Positions 40,272 through 50,982 of a stretch of DNA of 64,000 bases are shown here, in pieces. The stretch is taken from the NCBI GenBank assembly GCA_034530875.2, contig JAVRCJ020000027.1, forward strand, positions 42,328 through 106,327. The letters are read 5' to 3'. Each line of letters opens with the position of its first letter. Within the stretch, counting starts at the first letter, position 1. Under the pieces are notes generated by a model that was given only the letters and a program-made list of their open reading frames with translations, did not search any database and was not told the origin of the DNA. The stretch is from Nostoc sp. DedSLP01. Its GTDB lineage: Bacteria > Cyanobacteriota > Cyanobacteriia > Cyanobacteriales > Nostocaceae. The translations under genes and the position numbers were made by a program.

Positions 40272-40877
40272 TTATTTAAATATAGATGGTAGCAAACTGG
40301 GAGCTAACCAGAGTGCATAACCAATAAATCCAAATAGTAAAGTAATCATACCTGTAAGAACGTAGCCGATACAAATTAATAAACCATCAAATTCGATGGT
40401 GGCAACTGTTAAAACTAAAATTCCTACAGTCGGTATGGGATTTGTAAAGGGGATTGGCGATATTAGTAATATTGTTAACCAAGAGATACAAAGTCCATTG
40501 ATTCGCCAAGTTAAATGATTATGAGCTATTTTTCCCAGCCGAGGACGGGTGATTTTCTCTAAAACTTTGGTGAGGCGACCCAAGTTTTGCAAAAGTAATT
40601 GGGCAAAAGGACGAGGGAATTTGTAGTTAGCAATTCTTTTTGGTAACCAAGGCGATCGCCTTCCTAAAAGCATTTGCACTGACAACAACAAACAAGCCCC
40701 ACCAAAAGGGCCAGTTAATCCCGGTGGCATGGGAAATAAAAATGGCAAAACTAATAACGCAATTACTAGGCTGAACCCTCGTTCTGAAGTTTCTGCCAGA
40801 ATATCACCTAGAGTCAGAGGTCGTTCGGCTAGGCGTTGTAATAAGGACTTTATATCTTGAGAAAATCTCAGATGCAT
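40272..40877 (-). CDS. exoD: ExoD-family exopolysaccharide membrane protein
   Basis: LGDIL...ERGF, PFLFPMPPG, PWLP, PIPFTNPIP, DGL; upstream ORF extension is translated repeat. Confidence 0.88.
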   Translation of the reverse strand: MHLRFSQDIKSLLQRLAERPLTLGDILAETSERGFSLVIALLVLPFLFPMPPGLTGPFGGACLLLSVQMLLGRRSPWLPKRIANYKFPRPFAQLLLQNLGRLTKVLEKITRPRLGKIAHNHLTWRINGLCISWLTILLISPIPFTNPIPTVGILVLTVATIEFDGLLICIGYVLTGMITLLFGFIGYALWLAPSLLPSIFK

Positions 40878-40897
40878 TTGACGTGATTTCGCTCGAA

Positions 40898-41072
40898 GGG
40901 AGTGGGGAGTTGGGAGTGGGGGAGATGGGGAAGTGAGGGAGGTATGGGAGGATGGGGAAAGTAGCAAGGTGTGGGAGGTGTGGGAGGATGGGGAAGAAAT
41001 CTTTCCTCCCACACTCCCCACACTCCCCCCTCTCTCCACACTCCTCACACTTCCTGCTTGCCCAATGCCCAA
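40898..41072. repeat. STRR G-rich/C-rich inverted tract
   Basis: GGGAGTG/GTGTGGGAG units then CCCCACACT units. Confidence 0.8.
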
Positions 41073-41075
41073 CTT

Positions 41076-41960
41076 TTAACTCTTGGCTTGTGCGGGTACT
41101 AAAACAGCTATAGCTTTAGGTATAACTCGGAAATGTGCAGGTGTGTAAGTAGTAATTTCACCATCTGTATTAATAGGGCGTGGTTTGCGAGTATGCAGTT
41201 GAATTTCCTGACCTTGAAGCGAGCGTACACTCTGCCAATGTATATGTCGCCCTTGTCGCATCCAGGGTAATAATAATATAATCTGCCACCAGTGTTGGAT
41301 TTCCAAACTATAAAGATCTAGTCTTTGGTCATCTATTGCTGCATCATCTGCTACTGCCATACCACCGCCGTAATAACGGCCATTACCCACAGCAATTTGC
41401 ACCGTTTTGACGCGAACTGATTCACCATTGATGAGAATCTCGGCACTAAAAGGTCTAGCTGACCAAATCACTTGCAATGCAGTAGCGGCGTAAGCAAATA
41501 CTCCCCAACGGCGTTTAACTTCTTTGGTAAGTTGTTGGGTAATTTTTACACTCAATCCCAAACTGGCAACGTTAAAAAAATGTTTGCCATTTACCCAACC
41601 CAAGTCAATGCGGTGTAAATTTTTCTCGGCAATAATATTACAAGCTTCGTTCAGGGAGTTGGGGATTCCTAAAGTTCTTGCTAAATCGTTGGCAGTTCCC
41701 AAAGGTAAGATTCCTAATGGCAACTGAGTTTCAACTAAAGCATCTACTGCGGCATTGAGAGTACCATCACCACCGCCAACTATTACTAAATCAACTTTAT
41801 CTTGGTGGCGAAGTATGACTTCATGAAGTTGTTTTGGATGTTCTGTAGACTCCTCAATTAAAATCAAGCCGAGTGTCTTTAAATAATCAATTGCTTCCGA
41901 CAAACCTTGTTGCCCTTGGCGGGCATGACGATTCACTAACAGCAGTGCGCGGGAACTCAT
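41076..41960 (-). CDS. YegS/DAGK-family lipid kinase
   Basis: GGGDGT, PLGTANDLAR, GNGRYYGGG, NTDGE. Confidence 0.93.
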   Translation of the reverse strand: MSSRALLLVNRHARQGQQGLSEAIDYLKTLGLILIEESTEHPKQLHEVILRHQDKVDLVIVGGGDGTLNAAVDALVETQLPLGILPLGTANDLARTLGIPNSLNEACNIIAEKNLHRIDLGWVNGKHFFNVASLGLSVKITQQLTKEVKRRWGVFAYAATALQVIWSARPFSAEILINGESVRVKTVQIAVGNGRYYGGGMAVADDAAIDDQRLDLYSLEIQHWWQIILLLPWMRQGRHIHWQSVRSLQGQEIQLHTRKPRPINTDGEITTYTPAHFRVIPKAIAVLVPAQAKS

Positions 41961-42409
41961 AGGTAGTACCTTTTGTAATTAATATGTGCAAGTATCCGCA
42001 TCTGTTTACTCTGCTTACATTGACTATGAGAAATTTTGAAAAATGCGATCGCAATTATCATAAATTCATTTTCACAACATTTAATTATATTGTTATATTG
42101 CTATTTTTTCAGTTCTATTTACTCTAATTTAACTCAATCACCTATTGATACTTCGCTCGTCAGTACATAGAGTGGCGATCGCAACTTCAACTACAGATTA
42201 GGAAAACGTTGCCCAAACCCTTAAATTTCAAAAACTCGTAGTTATAATTTTGTAGTATTCCAGGAACAAAGAAAGCTACATTGTATTCTATGTAACTAGT
42301 GCTTTTATATCTGCTTACCTTAGAGAAGTTGTAAAAGCATTGACATAGTGTTATGCACTAAAAGCATTTCTATTTTTTCTAATTCACTAAATTAGTTGAT
42401 ACAAAAATT

Positions 42410-43126
42410 ATGAGGTCATCAATGCATCGAATTAAATTTTGGGTACTTTTGCCATTAACTCTGATATTTGGTTGCTCAGATCAATTGTTTCAATCTATCC
42501 CGACTATAGCGAAATCTCAACCAGAAATAGTTAAACAAAATAACCCGACTTTGTTAGCAAAAGCAACTTACCTTTCACCACTGGAACAACAGGTAATTGT
42601 TGAAACAAATAAAGTCAGAACAAATCCCAAATCATATATCCCGGTTTTACAAAACTATCGCAAGCAGTTTCAAGGTAACCGAGTCAAAATTTCTCAAAAT
42701 ACTTATTTGCGAACTCAAGAAGGAGTACAAGCAGTTGATGAGGCGATCGCATTTCTGAAATCAGCACGTCCTGTCGGGGCTTTGAGTGCATCTAAAGGTA
42801 TGTCCTTAGCTGCAAAAGACCACGTTAAAGACCAAGGCCCAAAAGGTGCCACAGGTCACGATGGTAGCGATGGTAGCAACCCTTTTACTCGTATCAACCG
42901 CTATGGTAGATGGCTGACAACCGCAGGTGAAAATATTAGTTACGGGCCAAACACGGCACAAGATATCGTTATGCAATTAATTATTGATGATGGCGTCCCC
43001 GATCGCGGTCATCGAAAAAACATTTTTAACGGCGGTTTTAAAGTATCTGGTGTAGCTTATGGAACTCACAAATCATATAGAACAATTTGTGTAATTAACT
43101 ACGCTGGGGGCTATCGGGAAAAATAA
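42410..43126 (+). CDS. CAP/SCP-domain lipoprotein
   Basis: IFGC lipobox; [18 protein letters not shown]. Confidence 0.88.
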   Translation: MRSSMHRIKFWVLLPLTLIFGCSDQLFQSIPTIAKSQPEIVKQNNPTLLAKATYLSPLEQQVIVETNKVRTNPKSYIPVLQNYRKQFQGNRVKISQNTYLRTQEGVQAVDEAIAFLKSARPVGALSASKGMSLAAKDHVKDQGPKGATGHDGSDGSNPFTRINRYGRWLTTAGENISYGPNTAQDIVMQLIIDDGVPDRGHRKNIFNGGFKVSGVAYGTHKSYRTICVINYAGGYREK

Positions 43127-43370
43127 TGAAGGCTGGAGGCAGGGGGCAAAAGGCCGGAGGCCGTTTTTGTAATAAGGATTTATACCCGGTTCCAAAAACT
43201 TTGGACGCGATTGTTTCGATAATTTCAGCTGCTTTTTCTATTATCTCGCCTCTATCAAAAATCTATCTCTAATTCACTGCTTTTCTCCTTCAACAGTTAG
43301 AAGCAGTGAATTTTACTGCCGTGCAAAGCTATGAGAGCAAGTCTTCATTCTCTGGCAAAAGGATAAATTT

Positions 43371-44408
43371 ATGGATATTAGCAGACGAGATTTACTCAAG
43401 GTAGTTTCTGCTTCTGGTTTGGGTGCAGCCGGGGTTTTCGCTTCAGAAGGTATAGCCAAACAGGTTTTAGCCCAAAATCGGTCTACCCTATCCCAGATTA
43501 AAAAAGGCGAAATGGTCTACAGGCCACTAGGACGCACTGGAGAACAAGTATCTGTAATTGGTTTAGGCGGTCATCATATTGGTAGACCAAAAGACGAACA
43601 AGAGGGTATTCGACTAATCCGTGCTGCCCTCGATCGCGGAATTAATTTTATGGACAATAGCTGGGATTACCATAATGGAGGTAGCGAAATTCGCATGGGT
43701 AAAGCTTTGCAAGATGGCTATCGCCAAAAAGCTTTTCTCATGACTAAAATCGACGGTCGCACAAAGGCCGCTGCTGCTAAACAAATTGATGAATCTTTAA
43801 AACGTTTGCAAACAGACCGCATTGATTTGTTACAGCATCATGAAGTCATTCGTATGGAAGACCCAGACCGGATTTTTGCTCCTGGCGGTGCGATGGAAGC
43901 AGTTGTAGAAGCACAAAAAGCTGGCAAGATTCGCTACATAGGTTTTACCGGACACAAAGACCCTTTAGTACACCTGAGAATGTTGGAAGTTGCCAATCAA
44001 AATAATTTCCGTTTTGATGCGGTGCAAATGCCGTTAAATGTTATGGATGCCCATTTTCGCAGTTTTGAGAGGCAAGTTTTACCCAAACTAGTTGAAAATG
44101 GAATTGCTGTACTGGGTATGAAATCAATGGGCGACCAAAACATCCTCAAAAGCAATGTGGTAAAACCTATCGAATGTCTCCATTACGCGATGAATCTACC
44201 AACTTCAACGGTGATTACAGGCATTGAAAGTATGCCCATCCTAGACCAAGCTTTCGAGGCAGTACGTACTTTTAAACCCATGAGCCAGGAACAAGTGAAA
44301 GCGTTACTGAATCGGACTCGTCAAGCCGCTGCTAAAGGTCAGTATGAATTGTTTAAAACCAGTAACCAATTTGATAGTACAGCCAAAAATCCTGAATGGT
44401 TAGGATAA
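43371..44408 (+). CDS. Tat-signal aldo/keto reductase
   Basis: SRRDLL + VLA-Q; DNSWDY, SLKRLQTDRIDL, GKIRYIG. Confidence 0.9.
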   Translation: MDISRRDLLKVVSASGLGAAGVFASEGIAKQVLAQNRSTLSQIKKGEMVYRPLGRTGEQVSVIGLGGHHIGRPKDEQEGIRLIRAALDRGINFMDNSWDYHNGGSEIRMGKALQDGYRQKAFLMTKIDGRTKAAAAKQIDESLKRLQTDRIDLLQHHEVIRMEDPDRIFAPGGAMEAVVEAQKAGKIRYIGFTGHKDPLVHLRMLEVANQNNFRFDAVQMPLNVMDAHFRSFERQVLPKLVENGIAVLGMKSMGDQNILKSNVVKPIECLHYAMNLPTSTVITGIESMPILDQAFEAVRTFKPMSQEQVKALLNRTRQAAAKGQYELFKTSNQFDSTAKNPEWLG

Positions 44409-44427
44409 GTTTTCGCTAGGGCGTGTT

Positions 44428-45054
44428 TTAAATTTGCAGTAGTAAAAGTCCACTGGTTAAAGCTTCATCCCACAGAGGCGATTTCTGGATTTCTGGCAAA
44501 GACAGAGGTGGATTTATAGGTTGTCTAAAATTGTCGCCATCAGACAAGAAAGATTGCTCTGGTTGCAGAGATAATTGCCAATAGCCCACATCATGCCACT
44601 TACCAAATTTAAACCCAACTCGCTGAAAGACTCCCACAGGTGCAAAACCAACAGCCTCATGTGCGGCTACACTTGGTTGATTGGGTAAAGCGATCGCAGC
44701 CACCACATTATAAAATCCTTGCAGTTGCAATAATTTAAACAGCACCGTATACAAGGCTTTGGCAATTCCTTGGCGACGATGATTCTCAATGACGTACACG
44801 GAAGATTCTACAGACCATTGGTAAGCCGCACGAGTACGATAAGGACTAGCATAAGCGTAGCCTACAACCTCGCCATCAATTTCGCAAACAAGCCAAGGCA
44901 TCCGCTGTTGATAGCTTTCGATTCGCTGTTGAAACTCAATTTCGCTGGGCGGTTCTAGCTCAAAGGAAATTGTAGTTTCGCAGACAATCGGTGCATAAAT
45001 CGCCAGCATTTGTAATGCATCTTGTTTCTTGGCTAGTCTGATTGTGGCTTTCAC
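44428..45054 (-). CDS. GNAT N-acetyltransferase (phosphinothricin/ArsN1-like)
   Basis: ISFELEPP, GYAYAS, RRQGIAKALY, GFKFGKWHDV. Confidence 0.88.
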   Translation of the reverse strand: MKATIRLAKKQDALQMLAIYAPIVCETTISFELEPPSEIEFQQRIESYQQRMPWLVCEIDGEVVGYAYASPYRTRAAYQWSVESSVYVIENHRRQGIAKALYTVLFKLLQLQGFYNVVAAIALPNQPSVAAHEAVGFAPVGVFQRVGFKFGKWHDVGYWQLSLQPEQSFLSDGDNFRQPINPPLSLPEIQKSPLWDEALTSGLLLLQI

Positions 45055-45154
45055 TGCAAGTTTTTTAAAATCTATGTTTTCTTAATTTTGAATTTTGAAT
45101 TGATATAACTTGCTTCTTTAGAACAATTTGTGATAAGTTCATCTTTAGGTAAAA

Positions 45155-45180
45155 TACGGTAATTCAATCAATTTACCGTA
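45155..45180 (+). promoter_or_regulatory. 26-bp shared motif, site 1
   Basis: TACGGTAATTCAATCAATTTACCGTA (8-bp inverted repeat). Confidence 0.65.
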
Positions 45181-45291
45181 CTTTAATTCATAACTCAATC
45201 TCCAAACACACGTCGAACAATGAGTACTGGGTGCTTAGATGAAGGAAGCACATCAGTACTTATTAAACGGTATTTTGGAATCAAGCTTTCT

Positions 45292-46200
45292 ATGCAAATA
45301 CAAACTGTTGGCATTTTAAGTCCGGGCGATATGGGGCAGGCGATCGCATCTGTACTCAATCAACATGGATTAAAAACCATTGCTGCCTTGAACAACCGAA
45401 GCGATGTCTACGACGGGCTACGCCTACGCACTCGACAATTAGCCGCCGCAGCTAACGTGGTTGATGTCGGTTCTCTAAAACAACTCGTCATTGAATCCGA
45501 TGTGGTGCTGTCAGTGCTAGTTCCCGCAGCCGCAACAGAGGCAGCAGAACAAGTAGCCGAAGTAATAGCAAGCGTTGGTAAAAATATTTTATATGTTGAT
45601 GCCAATGCCATATCACCCCAAAAAGTCAAAAATATTGCCCAAATTATCGAATTAAAGGGCGGACGATTTGTCGATGCATCAATTATCGGCCCGCCTCCAC
45701 GAGTTCCCAATCGCACCCGCATCTATGCATCAGGGAAACACGCCCTTCAACTCCAACAACTGCGAGATTATGGATTAGATATAAGGGCGATCGGCGATGA
45801 AATTGGTCAAGCTTCTGGTTTAAAGATGTGTTACGCAGCTTTAACAAAAGGACTGACAGCAATCGGTACAGAATTACTAATTGCAGCCCATCGTTTAGGT
45901 TTAGATACGCAACTATGGGATGAAGTATCGAGCAGCCAACCAGAATTAGCCAAAATCCTCACCCGTTCTCTACCATCAATGACACCAAAAGCACATCGAT
46001 GGATTGGCGAAATGGAAGAAATTGCAGATACATTTGCAGCATTAGATTTGACCGATCGCATTTTTCAAGGTGCAGCTGATGTTTATCGCCTAGTGAAAGA
46101 AACCTCATTGGGTAGGGAAACACCAGAAGAAAGCAATCGCGATCGCCCACTACCAGACATAATTACTACTCTTTCCCAAGAATCTTTAAATAGTCATTAG
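45292..46200 (+). CDS. NAD(P)-dependent 6PGD/HIBADH-like oxidoreductase (DUF1932-type)
   Basis: SPGDMG, DANAISP, IIGPPP, LKMCYA, HRWIGEMEEI. Confidence 0.85.
   Translation: MQIQTVGILSPGDMGQAIASVLNQHGLKTIAALNNRSDVYDGLRLRTRQLAAAANVVDVGSLKQLVIESDVVLSVLVPAAATEAAEQVAEVIASVGKNILYVDANAISPQKVKNIAQIIELKGGRFVDASIIGPPPRVPNRTRIYASGKHALQLQQLRDYGLDIRAIGDEIGQASGLKMCYAALTKGLTAIGTELLIAAHRLGLDTQLWDEVSSSQPELAKILTRSLPSMTPKAHRWIGEMEEIADTFAALDLTDRIFQGAADVYRLVKETSLGRETPEESNRDRPLPDIITTLSQESLNSH
45401..45429 (+). mobile_element. SDR5-like 21-nt element in HIP1, in frame
   Basis: GCGAT-[GTCTACGACGGGCTACGCCTA]-CGC. Confidence 0.85.
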
Positions 46201-46213
46201 TCATTGGTCATTT

Positions 46214-46320
46214 CTCCCCCTGCCCCTCTCTCTGCCCCGTCTGCTCCCCCTGCTTCCCCTACTTCCCCTGCTCCCCCTGCTCTCTATTTCCTACTCCCCA
46301 CTCCCCACTCCCCACTCCCT
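46214..46320 (+). repeat. STRR tract (CCCCTGCT/CTCCCCA)
   Basis: Tandem C-rich 7-9-mers. Confidence 0.8.
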
Positions 46321-46327
46321 CTTCAAT

Positions 46328-47008
46328 ATGGGCAAATTCAATTTAGTAATTTTTGATTGTGATGGTGTTCTTGTAGATAGTGAGAACATCGCCAATGTTA
46401 TTTTATTGGAAATGCTCAATCAAATAGGACTATTTATAACTTTAGAAGATGTATTTAATATTTGTGGTGGTAAACCTACGGCTGTATGTCTAGAAATTGT
46501 TCAGAATATGCTTGGTCAATCTTTACCAGATAACTTTGCAGTTGAATTTGAACAACGAATGATGGAAGCTTTCATCACAGACCTGAAACCAGTGCAAGGA
46601 ATACATGAGGTTTTAAATCAGCTGAATCTTTCTTATTGTGTTGCTTCCAATAGTAGCCACAATTGGATACAGCAAGCTTTATTGAAAACAGATTTACTTG
46701 CTTACTTTTCAAGAAAAATATTCAGTGCTACAGGCACTTTACGTAGCAAACCACATCCAGATGTATTTTTATATGCAGCCGAACAGATGGGATTTTCTCC
46801 ACAAGAATGTGTAGTTATTGAAGATACACCAACAGGTGTTATGGCTGGAGTTAATGCCGGGATGACTGTATTTGGTTATACAGAATTGATAAAGCCAGAA
46901 AAACTTCGTGAAGTTGGTGCATCTGTTGTATTTAATGATATGAGATTATTACCAGAATTGCTTGAGCAGCAAAATCACGAATCTCTTAAGAGTACTATTA
47001 CAAATTAA
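46328..47008 (+). CDS. HAD-family hydrolase
   Basis: FDCDGVLVDS, ASNS, KPHPD, IEDTPTG. Confidence 0.92.
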   Translation: MGKFNLVIFDCDGVLVDSENIANVILLEMLNQIGLFITLEDVFNICGGKPTAVCLEIVQNMLGQSLPDNFAVEFEQRMMEAFITDLKPVQGIHEVLNQLNLSYCVASNSSHNWIQQALLKTDLLAYFSRKIFSATGTLRSKPHPDVFLYAAEQMGFSPQECVVIEDTPTGVMAGVNAGMTVFGYTELIKPEKLREVGASVVFNDMRLLPELLEQQNHESLKSTITN

Positions 47009-47022
47009 CCTTGGCAACTATA

Positions 47023-47394
47023 ATGGCTGATGGCAATAATTTTTGGGACAAACTAGATGAATTAGTAGCTAGTAGTACTCTCATAATTGAACGCCCAAAA
47101 GGAACGCCACATTTACGGTATCCATCTTTTATTTACCCATTCGACTATGGATATTTACAAGATACTCAAGCTGGAGATGGAGCTAATATTGATGTCTGGA
47201 TAGGAAGCTTATCTAGAAAGAATGTAACTGCTGTTATTTGTAGTATTGACTTGGCAAAGCGAGATACAGAAATCAAAATACTTTTAGGTTGTACATCTCA
47301 TGACGCTCAAGAAATATTGAACATCCACAATATAGGTTCTCAATCAGCAATACTATTGGTTCGTCCTGGGTCTATAGCTATTAGCACTCAATAA
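47023..47394 (+). CDS. Short inorganic-pyrophosphatase-like protein
   Basis: IERPKG, YPFDYGY, GDGANIDV. Confidence 0.75.
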   Translation: MADGNNFWDKLDELVASSTLIIERPKGTPHLRYPSFIYPFDYGYLQDTQAGDGANIDVWIGSLSRKNVTAVICSIDLAKRDTEIKILLGCTSHDAQEILNIHNIGSQSAILLVRPGSIAISTQ

Positions 47395-47475
47395 AATAAA
47401 TTAATTCTCTAAACATATATCTATAGAATAATTTATTTTTTACATATTCTATGATGCAAAAACAAATTTTTAAAG

Positions 47476-47501
47476 TACTATAAGTTTATCGATTTACCGT
47501 A
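47476..47501 (+). promoter_or_regulatory. 26-bp shared motif, site 2
   Basis: TACTATAAGTTTATCGATTTACCGTA directly followed by TATGAT. Confidence 0.65.
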
Positions 47502-47623
47502 TATGATTAAATATCATTAACCTAGCCACAGAAATATCGATATAGAGAAGGGCTAGGTGATCCATTGAGTGTATCTATTGCAGGCAGTAGATATCAGACT
47601 AAATACATCTAGGAATTCATCTC

Positions 47624-48424
47624 ATGAGCTTAGATTTACAACTATCGGGTAAAACGGCAATTGTCACGGGTGGTAGTGCTGGTATTGGTTTAGCGATCGC
47701 CAAATCCCTCTATAGTGAAGGTGTAAATGTAGCGATCGCAGCTCGGAATCCCGAACGGCTAGAGAATGCACTCAGCACCATCCAATCCCTACCGACGCCA
47801 GGGGCAAAAGTCATTTCTATCACTGCCGATTTAACTCAGACAGAAAGTGTCGAGCGAGTTGTTTCAACTACACTGGCACAGTTTGGCAAGATTGATATCT
47901 TGATTAACAACGCAGGTTCAGCCCGTGCAGGGTCTTTCCTGGAGTTGAGCGATGATGCTTTTTTGGATGCTTGGAACCTGAAATTACTCGGCTATATCCG
48001 TTTAGTGAGAGCCGTTGTTCCTCATCTCAAAAGTCAACGTGATGGGCGAATTGTCAATATTATCGGTGGTGCTGGACGCACGCCTCGGCCGGGGTTCCTG
48101 CCTGGTGGTACGACAAATGCTGCCCTGTTGAACTTCACACGGGGCATTTCTAAAGAATTAGCCAGAGATAACATTCGCATTAACGCCATCTCGCCGGGTC
48201 TGACAGCAACAGAACGTGCGGAAACTTTAGCACAGCAAAATGCTCAGGCTCGTGGTGTGAGTGTAGAAGAAATTAAAGCAGAATCTTTGCAAGCTATTCC
48301 TTTAGGAAAAATCGTCAAACCACAAGAAATAGCTGCACTAGCTTTATTTTTAGTATCTGACCTTGCTTCTTCGATTACAGGTGCAGAGATTTTGGTTGAT
48401 GGTGGAAATACTCCAGGTGTTTAG
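47624..48424 (+). CDS. SDR oxidoreductase with atypical active site
   Basis: TGGSAGIG, NNAG, VDGG; GTTNAAL in place of YxxxK. Confidence 0.88.
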   Translation: MSLDLQLSGKTAIVTGGSAGIGLAIAKSLYSEGVNVAIAARNPERLENALSTIQSLPTPGAKVISITADLTQTESVERVVSTTLAQFGKIDILINNAGSARAGSFLELSDDAFLDAWNLKLLGYIRLVRAVVPHLKSQRDGRIVNIIGGAGRTPRPGFLPGGTTNAALLNFTRGISKELARDNIRINAISPGLTATERAETLAQQNAQARGVSVEEIKAESLQAIPLGKIVKPQEIAALALFLVSDLASSITGAEILVDGGNTPGV

Positions 48425-48635
48425 GCATTGCTGGTTTCATGTATGAAAACGATTGTCGAAGGAGAAGTTGCAATGCAACGTCTCCACATCTGGGGAATAT
48501 TGGTGTTTAGATATTGACTAATTTCACAATGACTACGAAAACCAAACAACTAAAACTAGGCGCATTTCTACCATGTCATCATGTAGCAGCTTGGCAACAT
48601 CCCCAAGCGCAGGCAGATAGGGGGTTGAGTTTTCA

Positions 48636-48790
48636 ACCTACACCCTACACCGAATGGCACTAACAAAACGTGGAACCTCGTTTGGGCAGGGTGTAGGGTG
48701 TAGGGAAAAATCAAGAAAAGTAAATATGAGTAAAGACACAAATAAATCTCTTCCTCACTACACCCCACACCCCACACCCCACACCCACTC
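48636..48790. repeat. STRR CCCTACA/CCCCACA tracts with a nested insert
   Basis: CCTACACCCTACACC...GGGTGTAGGGTGTAGGG; CACCCCA tandem. Confidence 0.7.
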
Positions 48791-48911
48791 ATCCTTATGA
48801 ATAGTGAATTTGCCGATATCTTAGTGCCATTCCCCCCTACACCCTTCTTTTTGACGTAATCTCTTTGGCTGTGTTAAAGCACAAGAGTAGCTGCTAAGGA
48901 AACTTTTTACT

Positions 48912-49868
48912 TTGTTGGGCATCCTGATAGTTCTTCTATCTTCATTTTTTTTGTCATTCCATAACGTTACAGTCCGAGTTTTATTTTCAGAACATCTTGT
49001 ACTGAGCTTATTTTTACTCGGTGGATACGTTAAACCTGATTTGCAGAATTCTTTCTTGCTGATGTTTATGCGAATGTTGTTAGTAGTTCCATTGATGGCA
49101 TTTGTAGCATTTAAATTATATCCATCAGCACCTAAAGAATTTCTCAGCTTATTTAGACAGGAACGCCGAGACGTGACGATCCAAGCCTTTGGCTGTGGAG
49201 TACTAATGTTTATGTATGTTACGTCACTCTATATCGCCATTGGCTTGATTCCTGCGGGAATTGCGCTTACCCTCTTTTTCACCTATCCGGTGTTTACGGC
49301 GCTACTATCTTGGAAGTTTTTTGGAGATTCTCCCACACCCTTCAGTTGGTTAGTGATGGGTATTATTCTAGTGGGCGGCGTTCTCACCGTTCCTCATTCT
49401 GCTAGTCATAGCAGTAATAATATTGCGATCGGTATTTGCGCCAGCGTAATCGCTGGTATTTTTAACGCCTTCTACAACGTCCTCGCTCAAAAATGCTTGC
49501 AAAAATTCCATCCAGTTCCTTTTACCTGGATTAGTTTTGCCTCAACTCTACTGCTTTCTGGTATTGGCTTACTGTTCTTTTCACCTCCCAGTGCCCAGCT
49601 TGATTGGACGCCTATGTGGATTGGCAGCATTTTTTCTGGTCTAGTCAGTTTTATCGGACACACTCTCAACAATTTAGGCATTCGCGCGATCGGCGCAACT
49701 ACCGCCTCGATTATCGGTGCTAGCAGCCCAGCAATGACAGCCTTAGTCGCATGGGCAACAATTAGCGAAACCTTAAATCTCATTCAATGTGTAGGGATTG
49801 GTATCGTTACATTAGGCATTGCTTTGTTGAGTCGAGAAAACTTTCTGCGTCAGCGTAGTCCGTCGTAA
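48912..49868 (+). CDS. DMT/EamA transporter
   Basis: About 10 TM helices; FFTYP, PAMTAL...SETL. Confidence 0.85.
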   Translation: MLGILIVLLSSFFLSFHNVTVRVLFSEHLVLSLFLLGGYVKPDLQNSFLLMFMRMLLVVPLMAFVAFKLYPSAPKEFLSLFRQERRDVTIQAFGCGVLMFMYVTSLYIAIGLIPAGIALTLFFTYPVFTALLSWKFFGDSPTPFSWLVMGIILVGGVLTVPHSASHSSNNIAIGICASVIAGIFNAFYNVLAQKCLQKFHPVPFTWISFASTLLLSGIGLLFFSPPSAQLDWTPMWIGSIFSGLVSFIGHTLNNLGIRAIGATTASIIGASSPAMTALVAWATISETLNLIQCVGIGIVTLGIALLSRENFLRQRSPS

Positions 49869-49905
49869 TATTGTTCTCCGTTCCCTCTTAATTAGCCTGC
49901 CGAAA

Positions 49906-50685
49906 ATGATTGATATTCAACATTTAACTTCGCTCCATAGCTTACTTTTATTCGCTACCGCTTTTATTGCAGGCGGGTTAAATGCTGTAGCAGGCGGTGG
50001 GAGTTTTATTACCTTTCCGGTGCTGATTTTTACAGGTGTACCGCCGATCGCGGCTAATGCTACCAATAATACCGCCCTTTGGGTAGCTGCTCTAGCTAGT
50101 GCTGGAGCCTACCGTCAAGATTTAGGTATTAAGCGGCAAGTTTTTTTGCTGTTATGCGGCATAAGCCTACTCGGTGGAATTATTGGCTCTATAGCTTTGT
50201 TATATACATCAGCAAATGTGTTTAACAAGCTCATTCCCTATTTATTACTATTAGCAACCCTAGTATTTACCTTTGGTGATGCTTTTAGAGGATGGTTGCA
50301 ACTTCAAAACCAAAAGTCAACGCCCGATGTACCTATATTTAATTTAGCCTTAGCACAATTAGCCATCGCCATCTACGGCGGTTTTTTCGGCGCAGGTTTG
50401 GGAATTTTAATGCTGGCAACCCTATCTTTTTTAGGTATCAAAAATATTCATACAATAAATGCCTTTAAAGCATTTTTAGGAAGCTGTATTAATGGAATTG
50501 CAATTATCCCATTTATTTTTGCAGGCGTAATTCTTTGGCAACAGGCAATTTTAATGGCAGTGGGTGGTTCTTTGGGTGGATATTTAAGCGCCCATTATGC
50601 ACGTAAAGTCAAACCCCAACTAATTCGGAAATTTGTCATACTTGTTGCCTTTAGTATGACTATCTACTTTTTTATTTGCGGCTAG
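49906..50685 (+). CDS. TauE/SafE (TSUP) family transporter
   Basis: NAVAGGGS, ANATN, YGGFFGAGLG. Confidence 0.9.
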   Translation: MIDIQHLTSLHSLLLFATAFIAGGLNAVAGGGSFITFPVLIFTGVPPIAANATNNTALWVAALASAGAYRQDLGIKRQVFLLLCGISLLGGIIGSIALLYTSANVFNKLIPYLLLLATLVFTFGDAFRGWLQLQNQKSTPDVPIFNLALAQLAIAIYGGFFGAGLGILMLATLSFLGIKNIHTINAFKAFLGSCINGIAIIPFIFAGVILWQQAILMAVGGSLGGYLSAHYARKVKPQLIRKFVILVAFSMTIYFFICG

Positions 50686-50789
50686 CAGTGATGTATGGCG
50701 GCAGATACTAAACAACCAGAACTTATGTATATTAATTACAGCAATAGGATAGGGGATAGATTTTTTAATTGATAGTATCACTTATATAG

Positions 50790-50867
50790 CAATACAGTTC
50801 AGATAAGACCAAAACACTTGTAGAGACGGCGATTTATCGCGTCTCATAAACCCACTGAACCGTATTG
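50790..50867. mobile_element. MITE-like element with central GTAG hairpin
   Basis: Terminal inverted repeat CAATACAGTTCAG/CTGAACCGTATTG (12/13); central GTAGAGACGGCGATTTATCGCGTCTC. Confidence 0.65.
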
Positions 50868-50982
50868 AGTTATATTAGGACTCATATTTGATTTCGTGAA
50901 AGATACGGTAGTAGCGTGGCTGAAAAATACTGTATTTATCTCGTTAATTAGACTACATTTACACCTAATTTTAGTAACAAAA

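Noticed and set aside
40878..41072. 65-aa N-terminal extension of ExoD
   Set aside because: Translation of STRR repeats; ATG 40877 is preferred
50727..50739. NtcA box upstream of the AtzH-like gene
   Set aside because: Spacing is GTA-N7-TAC, not N8
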